64,000 bases of DNA from Takakia lepidozioides (taxonomy: Eukaryota; Plantae; Bryophyta), in assembly GCA_030704615.1 (NCBI GenBank), contig CM060732.1, positions 13,888,001 through 13,952,000 of the forward strand, in the 5' to 3' direction. Every line of letters starts with the position of its first letter. Within the stretch, counting starts at the first letter, position 1. Both the position numbers and the translations under genes were made by a program. The notes under the pieces were generated by a model. The model saw only the letters and a list, made by a program, of their open reading frames with translations, searched no databases and had not been told where the DNA came from. Below, one piece after another: positions 40,390 through 50,734 of this stretch.

Positions 40390-40964
40390 ATGTTATTTGG
40401 TGACAACTGGGTCATGTTTTGTATTTAAAGTCATGTAGGGCCTGGGTTCTGGCCCACTGGACCCTCCTGGTCCCCGCTGCCTCCTCGGTAGTACCCTCGC
40501 CTTCCAAAAGTGTCCAAAGTGGGCATTAAAGTTTTCCAGCCATTTCCATTATTTTCCATGCAGAATCCAAAATCTTGAACCTACACCCACTGCGTTCAAA
40601 TTTGGGAAGCAGGTCAAGCTCCTCTCGTCCGCTCCTCTAGTCCGCTCCTCCCACTTCCTCTCCTCCCATACTCCCAGGATAGTTGGTCTGTTTCCAGGCC
40701 TCTTGCTCAGCTTCAGTCACAAAGCGATGGCGTGTCGGCATCCCAGCAATCGTCCCAACGGAGATCTCACCCTGTGGAACTTCTCGCCCAGGTCAGGAGA
40801 CATTTTTCATATTCCTCGAGGATTGGGTAAACGAGTCTCAGCAGAGGCAGGTGAGCTTGACCGATCTGGAGTACCTTCCTGGCTTCCACGATGGGCCTCG
40901 CGGGGACGGGCTTGCGCAGCTCTGGTGCTTGCAAATCGTCGATCTGGATATGCCGCCTGCATGG

Positions 40965-41844
40965 GGTTTGCCGACACATAATTCCGCAGAATTGTTTCAC
41001 CACGGAATTCACCTTTTCTGTTTGGCCGTCCGTTGTGGGTTGGAAGGATGTACTCCTCTTTAGCCTCGTCCCCATCTTCTTCCAAAGTGCCCTCCAGAAT
41101 TTTCTTGTAAACTTTGGATCGCGGTCCGAGACAATATCCTTCGGGAGTCCATGGTGCTGGAAGACGTGGGCGAAGTAAAGACGCCCCGTCTCCTCCGCCG
41201 TTGCCGTTTCCTTGGTGGGGATGAAATGACCCATTTTGCTGAACCTATCCACCACCACCACCATGATTGCATCAAATCCCTTTGACAGCAGCAAAGCGGT
41301 CATGAAATCCATTGAGACACTTTCCCAAGACCCCTCTGGAATCGGTAAAGGTAGTTACAGCCCCGCTTGCTTTTTGTACTCACTCCGGTTTTGTTGGCAT
41401 GTGGTGCATGTCTTAACATACTCATTGGCCTCCTCCCTCAGTTTGGGCCAGAAATACTCTTTCTTCAAGAGTGTCGCAGTGCGCTTGGCTCCGCCGTGGC
41501 CCGCAAGCGGGCCATCGTGACATTCTCTCAAGAGACTATCACTGAAGTCTCCCTTCGGCACGTAGAGACGCTTTTGCTTGTACCGGAGCAGTCCATTGTG
41601 CAAGTGGAACTACGACGTAACCCCTAGCCTCAAGTCCCGCATCACGGACTTCGTCAACTCATCCTTCCGATAAGCCTTCCGGATCTTCCTTTGCAGCTCC
41701 GTCTCACCTCTATACATCAACATGAGCTGTTGCTTTCTACTCAAAGCATCGGCCACCACATTGTCCCGTCCCGGTTTGTACTGGATATCAACGTCGAACA
41801 CTGCCAAAGTGTCTTGATACCTAATTTGTTTTGGGGACAACTTA
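40965..41844 (-). mobile_element. Diverged chromovirus copy: end of RNase H and N-terminal integrase
   Basis: ORFs 41610-41840, 41355-41603 and 40767-41312 match the integrase with premature stops. Homology ends near 40965. Confidence 0.9.
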
Positions 41845-42260
41845 TGTCGCGCACCTCACTTCGGTAAGCTCCCCCTCAAGTCATAGTTACTCGCTTTGAT
41901 GCGCGCGCCTCACTCCCAACCTGGCCGCCGGGCCAACTTGGAGCTTCGGCTGCTCACCGGGGCATAACGGTCCCCCTTTGTTCTCCCAAAGAACCCTCCA
42001 CCGATTTGGAACCAGCAGGAATTCCCTTTGGTAGTTGGCAGTCCGGAACAGCTCCCCACTCTTTGGTCGCTTTCCGGCTCGCTCGCTTACTCACTAGTTT
42101 TGGGTCACCAACGGGCTTGCACCATTCTCGGGGTTACTACTCCCTATATATACTTCTGTAGCTGTCCCCGGGGGTTTCACAACCAGCCATGCCATTTTAT
42201 GGCGAACCACCACGAAAACCCTCGACTCCCGGTGATGAGTCGCGGTGAGTCTTGGCCCAC
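41845..42260 (-). mobile_element. 3'-terminal 416 bp of a chromovirus LTR, nested in the diverged copy
   Basis: Begins TGTCGCGCACC on + and aligns to 568-985. Confidence 0.92.
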
Positions 42261-44624
42261 GGACTGGCCCCATGGGCCAGGCGGAAGTTGGAGGAGAAGC
42301 CACCCAAGACTTTGAACGAGGCAATTGAGAGGGCTGAATGTTTCTCGGATGTCCCTAGGGGTGAAAGACAAGGCCGTACGGAGCTGAACCACAAGAAGAT
42401 TCGGCGGAAAGGTGACTCCTTCCGACCGGAAAAGAAGTGGGATAGGCCACGCGGCGATAATGGCACGTGGAAATCGAAGGGAGGGCCTTCACACGTCAAG
42501 GCGGCACCCGGTGCTCCGAAAGGAAAAGCGGGTGGAGCGGCTTATGGCGGACAGAAGGCGACCTTTGATGGAGTGTGTTTCAATTGCGGGGAGCCCGGGC
42601 ACATGGCCAAGAAAAGCACGAAGCCCCGGCAATTGAACATGACTCGGGCGACCACGGAGCTGTCGGAAGATACCATCAGTCGCTTGGTGGAAGCGGTGGT
42701 CGCCAGGACTTGCAAGGTAGGCAAATTTTCTTGTGAGTTGTATCAGGAAACTGGCGCCTTACGAAAAGGGAGTCAGTTATTGTTCGTGGATGGGATAATA
42801 TCCGGAACTAATGTGTCGTTGTTGGTGGACACAGGAGCGTCGCACTCCTTCATGACACCGGCAACGGCACAAAAGCTGGGACTCCCGACAAGTGACGTGG
42901 GGGCCTCTATTGAGGTGCGTTCTGCCAAAGGAGAACACAGTTGGCGACAAGGTTGGCGATTTGATGTTCCTCTTCAACTGGGGAGTTGGGAGGGACGTGA
43001 GAACTTCACCATCTGCGAGATCGATGGAGTAGATCTCGTTTTAGGGATGACCTTTTTGAGCAAATCCGGAGCGGTCATAGATGGCCGCAAGAGAGTAGTC
43101 ACGCTGCCATGTGGGAATGGTGGCGAGGTTTTACGAGTGTCGGAAACGCCCAAATCCGTGGGAGGGCGAATAAACCTTCTGTCAGCAAGGGAGTGGGACG
43201 TGGAGGAGGCACACGAACCCCAGTTCTTGCTTTACATTAGAGAAGTGAAAAGAGAAGCGATGGGGAGCCGAGCCCAGATTGGATCAAGGGGATTTTGGAG
43301 AAATACCAGGATGTGATGCCGGAGGATTTACCAAGCGGCTTGCCCACGCGAAGAGGAGTTGACCACAAGATTGAGGTGATACCGGGATCGGAACCGCCTG
43401 CCAAGGCGCCCTACCGGTTGAGCCACAGAGAGTTGGTCGAGCTGAAGACTCAGTTCAAGGATCTAATGTCAAAGGGGTACATCCGGCCGAGTAAGTCACC
43501 TTACGGAGCCCCGGTGCTATTCGCAGACAAGAAGGATGGGACGCTGCGGATGTGTGTCGATTACAGGGCTCTGAATAAGGTGACTATCAAAAACCGGTAC
43601 CCTTTGCCAAGGATCGACGACCTCTTCGATCGGTTGGCAGGAGCGAAGTATTTCAGCCGGATCGACTTGCGCTCCGGCTATCACCAAATTCGGGTGGCGG
43701 AAGGAGATGAGGAGAAGACCGCGTGCAGGACAAGGTATGGTTCATATGAGTTCTTGGTGATGCCTTTTGGGCTCACCAATGCACCAGCGACATTTAGCAC
43801 GCTGATGAACAGCCTTTTTCAAGAGTGGTTGGATGACTTTGTGATCGTGTACATCGACGACATCTTGGTGTACTCGAAAACAAAGGAGGAGCACCTGGAG
43901 CACCTCAAAAGGGTATTCCAAAAATTGCGAGAAGGGAAGCTGTATGCCAAAGCTTCAAAGTGCGAATTCGGGGTCACAAAAGTGGAGTTCTTGGGGCATG
44001 TGATTACACAGGATGGGATCAAAATGGATGACAGAAATGTGAGGGCGATCTTGGACTGGGAGCCTCCGACTTCGGTCCCGGGAGTGCGATCCTTCCTAGG
44101 ACTCGCCTCCTATTACCGGAAGTATGTGAGAAATTTCGCCAAGATCGCGGGGCCGCTGTCGGACCTTCTGTGTAAATCCAAAGTCTGGGTATGGAACACA
44201 TTTTGTGGCCAAGCTTTTGCTGAATTGAAGCAGTGGATGGCGGAAGCTTCAGTCTTGAAAATCCCGGAGTTCGATTGTCCGTTTGAGATTCATACAGATG
44301 CATCGGACTTCGCGATTGGGGGTGTACTTATGCAAGATGGACGTCCAGTGGCTTACGAAAGTAAGAAACTGAATGAAGTGGAGCGACGGTGGCCGACGCA
44401 CGAAAAAGAGATGAAGGCGGTGGTGCATTGCCTTGAGCTCTGGCGCCACTATGTTGGTTCCAACCCAGTGAAGGTGTTCACGGACAATGTCACGGTGAAG
44501 TATTTTGCCACGCAGCCCAAGTTGTCCCCAAAACAACTTAGGTGGCAAGATACTTTGGCAGTGTTCGACGTGGATATCCAGTACAAACCGGGACGGGACA
44601 ATGTGGTGGCCGATGCTTTAAGTA
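42261..44624 (+). mobile_element. Chromovirus copy C: C-terminal gag, zinc knuckle, protease, RT and RNase H
   Basis: CFNCGEPGH, LVDTGASHSF, YIDD, DAS...E...TDN...ADALS. Homology ends at GCTTTAAGTA (44624). Confidence 0.95.
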
Positions 44625-46870
44625 CCGCGCCAACTGAAGCCGAGCACTCTGAGCGCATGTTTCTTCCGCTTTTTGTAGATGTGTCGTCCTCTTCTTCGCG
44701 CCAGAACATTTTCTCTGTGCTTCTGCATGTGCGATTGCAAATGATTGTTGTTGCTTTCATGCTTATCTGTAGGAACAAAGTTGTTTTTGCTTTCATGCTT
44801 ATCCCTACTCTCCCTGTCACAACTGTTGATTTGATTTGGATGGTGCCGCCGTGTTGGGGATGACAGAGTGAAGATGATCGGGACACGGTGGTGTATCCTC
44901 GACTGCTCCAAGTCGACGAGCGGCGACTCCAACCCATCGACTGCAGTCTGACAGTCATCGACAGCAGTCTGCGGATTCTGATATTCGCATTCTCGGGTCG
45001 CCTACGTGGGCACTGGAGGGCAATCCAAAACTAGTTCCTTTTGTTGGCGGAAGAGAGGCGCTGGAGCGGGAGTACGCCCGAATAGGCATTTGGGAGATTG
45101 CCTCTGCAGCAGTCGGCATGGCAGGTGCAGGGCGACGGAAACAGGCAGCAGATCCGCCCATCCATGAGGTCGATGCACAGGCAGGGGAGCCCGCCCACAC
45201 GAAGAAGAAAATAAAGGTGAAGCACATGCAATCCCTAGCCAAAGAGCAGGCACACGTTGCTGAGGGGGGAGTGAACAGGACACCCACCAAACACCAAGAG
45301 GGTGTGACTTCCCCGGGGTCGAAGGTGGTGGACCTGGAGGCCTCAACTACAGCCACGCCATCTAAGAAACAAAAGGCCTGAGAGAGGGCAAAAGACAGGG
45401 TAAGAGAACATGGCAGAGAGTGTAATGCCAATCTAGTTCGTCGGGGTGTACTTGGGCTATGTTCTCCATCCATGCGGCAAGCCGATGGTTCCCGTCCCAT
45501 ACGAAGAACATTTTTTCGGACAAGTGCTGGAAAAGAGGATCGTTAACAATCAATTTCTCGAACTCGCCGTTTCGCATTTCTCGATTTTTAGCTGTGGAAT
45601 TAGAAGACCATGCTTTGTAATTGCTATGTGCTTTGCTGACAGACCAGAATTGACCAAGATTCACTCATGGCACATACATTTTCATTCAGAAATCAAGCAG
45701 CTTCCCTGTGCCATATGGGGAATATACAGGCTTCGATAATCTTCTGTTAATGTTATTTGCAATTCACTGCCAGTATGCTGGGACGTGTCCTTTGTCGTAT
45801 GGATTGCTGTTTGCACAAGGTGCAGTATGCAAATGCTGGAATGTGCAGTAGGACCCTTCCCACTGGGACACAGAACTAGCAATCTTGTAAAGGCATCACA
45901 TTTGCAGAACAGTAACAATGTATTTGTAGCAAATTGGAGTCTTCTCATAAAGGTGGACGAAATTCACATGTAGCCATGGCGATGCGGCACCACCAAGTGT
46001 ATAATTCCTCACAAAAAAATAGGGTGCAAGAAGATGAATGTAATATAATTGCCACTAACTCCTTCCCGAATGTGGAATGTCAAGCAGTCCGACCAGTATC
46101 CTGCCGTAGGGCCTTGTGCAGCTCGTTGAAACTCAGTGTTGGAGCATGGATGAAGACGTCCACTGCGGATATGCAACTCATGCGCTTCATAAAAATGTAA
46201 TAAAGGTGTTTGCAGGGGACGTATGCTGCATTCCTCGATTCCATAACAAGGAAGTCCTCACAGTTGCAAGCTGGGTACTGTGAAACCGTGAGACAAAACT
46301 GACCGGGTGCACTCGAATCGTATGTCAGTGCTGCCGAGGCAAAGGCGCGCCTCAAGTACAAGTCTCGGATGGTGAAGTACGTGGCCATTGTTGATCCCGC
46401 ACTCGGTGACGACTTTCTTGTGGAGGTGGGGAAGCACTACTCACGGGCTCTTAAGCCAACAATGACAATCGAGAAACTACATCGTCTAGCCACAGCATGT
46501 GTGGATGCAACTGAGAAGGTTAATCATTCTGAACCAACTTGGACTCTTCATGCAACAATGTGTTCCCTTACTTTATTTCACTTACTAATATCCACGTTGG
46601 TTGGACAGATCCGGTGGCTCCAAATCTGGAATGGGTCTCAAAGTATTCGGGACATGTGGAGCTTCCCAAAACCTGACAAACTATCCGACCCCACATTCGA
46701 CCTCTGGATGAACCGCATGACATGGTGGTTTCAGGTTGTTTTCAAGCTTTTTTGGTGCTTCCCCTCTTGTATCACGTAGATTTCTGGCATTTCTTGAAGA
46801 ATGCTGACTGATGGGGACTGTCCGCAGGTCACCACAAATGCGCAAGAGCAGTTGGACACCCAAGCCCACC
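44625..46870. other. Non-retroelement mosaic containing a ParB/Srx-like fragment (-, ~45400-45580), a SWIM zinc finger (-, 46080-46360) and plus-strand coding remnants; probably DNA-transposon derived
   Basis: FFVWDGNHRLAAW; CNCEDF...CKHL; coding-like pieces at ~44960-45381 (+) and 46369-46779 (+, apparent intron). Confidence 0.55.
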
Positions 46871-48883
46871 AGATAACCTTGAACCAACCGTGCGCCCCAA
46901 TCACTACAATTGGGTCCGCCTTGGAATGCTGGCCTGAGGTACGGGAACACGCCGAAGCCGCACTACGACTTCGTCCCGAGGTTACACGATTATAGTACAT
47001 GAACGGAAGCACGTAGCTTCCGCGTTAGCCCGCACTACAAGGCAACCCCCTTGGTAGTGCAGTTATAGTACGCGCACGCGCCAGGTGCGCACTAGCACGT
47101 GAACTCCCAAAGAAGGCGCAAGTTTCCTTGCCCCTTGGATGGGAGTCACCCGATTTTGGCTCTTCGCAAACACACGATTACCCAATTTACCTCTCCCACT
47201 TTTGTAAGCTAGCATGCATTCTACACACTAGCCAACCACACCATGCATCACCATTCCAAACACAATAGGACGCACAATATTTGGAACCCATTTCTTTATA
47301 ACAAATTTTTGTACAATACAAGTTTTTGCAATCGGATTCCTGAGCTAGCTAAACCGGGCTAAGCATGCATTTCCTCCCCCACGCTCCAAGGTTGATGTCC
47401 CCATCAACGCTTCTTCCGCTTTTGAGGTCGCCCTTCGAAAGCTGCAACCGCCTCGGATGCGTTTCCCATTTCTGAGGCACGCACCCAAGATGCCTCCACA
47501 TGATGATAGCCCTTCCATTTGACGAGATACTCTGTTTCTCGGTTCCTGAACCTCCTCGACTTAAGTATTGCCTCCACCTCGTACTCAGGTTCATTTTCAT
47601 GATCCAACAGCATAGGTGGCGGACGCAACACTTGATGCCGATTCGGACGCGCTTCATCTTTGAAGTAAGGCTTCAAAGGGAGAAAAGGAATACTGGGTGC
47701 ACCTTGCTATTTGCCGGCAGCTCCAATTCATACACATCCTCATTCATAACCTTCCGAATGCGAAAGGGTCCCGCATACGGAGGCACGAACTTCGGACTCA
47801 CTTCCGGAGGTAGTCGGAAATTCTTGATGTTCAACCAGACCTCTGTGCCTGCCTAAAACTTCACTTCCCTCCACTTCCGATTCGCCTGCCTTTCATACCG
47901 TTTCCTAGCTTTGGCAATATTGTACTTTGCGAGCTTCAACAAACGCTCGCGTTCTTCCAGTACCGCCGCTACTGCCGGTTCCTCAACGTCCTGGGCGGCC
48001 CAACTTGTCGGCACCAGAGGTGCTTTTCCATAGACCAACACGAAAGGGGAAACTCCCGTTGCGGAGTGTTCTGTGTTATTATAACAGAACTCTGCCGCGT
48101 CTAAGTGTTCCATCCAGTCTGATTGGTCTGCCGACACGTAATTCCGCAAGAATTGCTTCACTACGGAATTTACTCTTTCCGTTTGGCCGTCTGTCGTAGG
48201 TCGGAAGGCGGTGCTCATCTTCAGCCTCGTCCCCATCTTTTTCCAAAGTGCTCTCCAGAATTTACTCGTAAACTTTGGATCGCGGTCCGAGACAATATCC
48301 TTCGGGACTCCATGATGCTTTAAGACGTGGCGAAGAAAAGTTGCCCTGTCTCCTGCGCCGTTGTCGTCTCCTTGGTGGGGATGAAATGGCCCATTTTACT
48401 GAACCTATCTACCACCACCATGATTGCATCAAATCCTTTTGACAGCGGCATAGCAGTCATGAAATCCATCGAGACGCTTTCCCAAGTCCCCTCTGGAATC
48501 GGCAAGGGTTGTAACAGCCCTGCTTGCTTTTTGTACTCGCTCCGGTTTTGTTGGCATGTGGTGCATGTCTTGACATACTCCTCTGCCTCCTCCCTCAGTT
48601 TGGGCCAGAAATACTCTTTCTTCAAGAGTGCCGCAGTGCGCTTGGCTCCGCCGTGGCCCGCAAGCGGACTATCATGGCATTTTCTCAAGAGACTATCCCT
48701 GATCCCTCCCTTCGGCACGTAGAGACGCTTTTGCTTATACCGGAGCAGTCCATTTTGCAAGTGGAACTGCGATTTAACCCCCATCCTCAAGTCCTTCATG
48801 ACGGACTTCGCCAGCTCATCCTTCCGGCAAGCCTTCCGGATCTTCCTTTGGAGTGCCGTCTTGTACACCAACAAGAGCTGCTG
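46871..48883 (-). mobile_element. Inverted segment of copy C: integrase, chromodomain, PPT and 5' ~500 bp of the 3' LTR (46871-47369)
   Basis: ORFs 48320-48874, 47853-48236 and 47404-47676. LTR start TGCATGC at 47369. Confidence 0.94.
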
Positions 48884-49975
48884 TCAAAGAGGGTTCCAGG
48901 TGAACCCTTGCTCAAGGTGATGCCAAAAGCGGCATCATGAGCGATCGCAAGCAATGTTGTTGCAGTAAGGCGATTCGATCTTCGGGGAGGATCGTTCCTT
49001 GGCCTTGAAGTAGAGCAAGAAGAGTGCACTGGGAGGAGCTGGAGAGGCTCCACCCTTGGCCGCGACTTGGAGGAAGTCGGCCAAACTAGCTAGTGGAGAG
49101 TAGAGTCAAGTGTGGGGTTTGGTTCCTTACCATGGGACGCCATGGTATAGAAACAAACTCCTTGATGTGGGACGCCACAACTTGGATGTTCGTTTCTACA
49201 AAATGGACAAGTCGATGAGGACATCGACTCCCTGTGTTGTAGGGTGTGTGTCGCGGCCCTTTGCCTTGAGGGCAGGGGGGGTCGGGACACATGAGGGGCT
49301 GCCCCTGTGGTGGGGCAGCGGCAGCGATAGGTATGGGGGGCTGAGGCACCCTTGAGTGCCCAAGGCACTCAGGGAAGCGGAGGCGCTCACTAGGTGGAGC
49401 CCGACACACCGGGTTGCGGTGGGGGTGGCTCCACAAGGGGTGGTGGTAGCTTAGTGGGACTTAGTGGGGGTGGCATAGGACTCACCATGGGGGCGGAGAC
49501 CTCGTGGTGGGAGTCGTGGGGAGTCTTGGGACTCATCACGGTCCATAGGGGCCGTGGTGAGCGGGCCAAGACTCACCGCGACTCACCACCGGGAATCGAG
49601 GGTCTTCGTGGTGGTTCGCCATAAATGGCATGGCTAGTTGTGAAACCCCCGCGGACAGCTACAGAAGTATATATAGGGAGTAGTAACCCCGAGAACGGTG
49701 CAAGCCCGTTGGTGACCAAAAACTAGTGAGTAAGCGAGCGAGCCGGAAAGCGACCAAAGAGTGGGGAGCTGTTCCGGACTGCCATCTACCAAAGGGAATT
49801 CTCCTAGTCCCAATTAGGTGGAGGGTTCTAGAGGGAAGCAAAAGGGGACCGTTATGTCCCGGTGAGCAGCCGAAGCTCCAAGTTGGCCCGGGCGGCCAGG
49901 TTGGGAGTCAGGCGCGCGCATCAAAGCGAGTAACTATGACTTGAAGGGGAGTTTACCGAATTGAGGTGCGTGACA
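48884..49975 (+). mobile_element. Remaining ~1.1 kb of the copy C 3' LTR
   Basis: Aligns to 6815-7904 and ends GGTGCGTGACA at 49975. Confidence 0.93.
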
Positions 49976-50314
49976 CACTCTCTGATTCGCGGATTGTTTC
50001 GTGGAAGGCGCCAGGATAGAAGGCGCATTTGGCGGGCAAATGAAGTCCCCAACAGCCCTGTATATGACGTTGTCCGATAGTGGAACTCGCCATTCCCTGC
50101 CGTCGCCGAAATCATCGTGGAGCACAACAATACTTTCGACTACAACTCCGTTTGCATCCTTCATTTCCTCCTCCAAAAATACCGACCCCGGTTTTAGGTG
50201 GTATCGAACGCAGAGATATTTCTCCATCACCCGACAGATCTCCCCTCTGCACGGAAATGTAGCTCTATGCTCGTGAGGAGGGCAGTACACTATAGCGCTC
50301 GGGTTTTCTGCCAT
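49976..50314 (-). pseudogene. N-terminal ~113 codons of an unknown protein, interrupted by the LTR
   Basis: Open from ATG 50314 (MAENPSAIVYCPPH...) with globular-looking composition. The family was not recognised. Confidence 0.35.
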
Positions 50315-50734
50315 GGGAGTTGTGCACACAAGACTGCACAGGACGGCGTTCGGACAAGCGCCCTGGGAGAATGGGGGATGCAGCGAGGGGAAGGAATGCA
50401 GGGCCGATTTTTGGAAGCGACGAAGCCTATTCACAAATCTGGGGAGCCATCTCTCCCAAAAATCCACTGTCAGAGAGTTAATGAACCTTGTTTGTGGAAT
50501 GCGGCCCCTGGCCTTTGCGCAATAACTGCCAACGGTATGCAGTCAGAATGTATATGACCTGTGCAGATGCGCTGGGCAAACCAATCATTACGGCGTCTGA
50601 CAAGAAGCGTGGGGGGGGCGAGCGTGCAAGCACCTCCCCCATGGACAGAGGGAACTGACAGAGGTGGCATTCTAGTGGGTCTGATTACAAGATTGAGTGC
50701 CAGAACCTCGTTGCCATTCGTCAACATACAACAG

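Noticed and set aside
43255-43320. Programmed frameshift between gag-protease and RT
   Set aside because: Copy A has one base fewer here (GCCGACCTAG versus GCCGAGCCCAG), so this is a mutation or sequencing indel in a single polyprotein.
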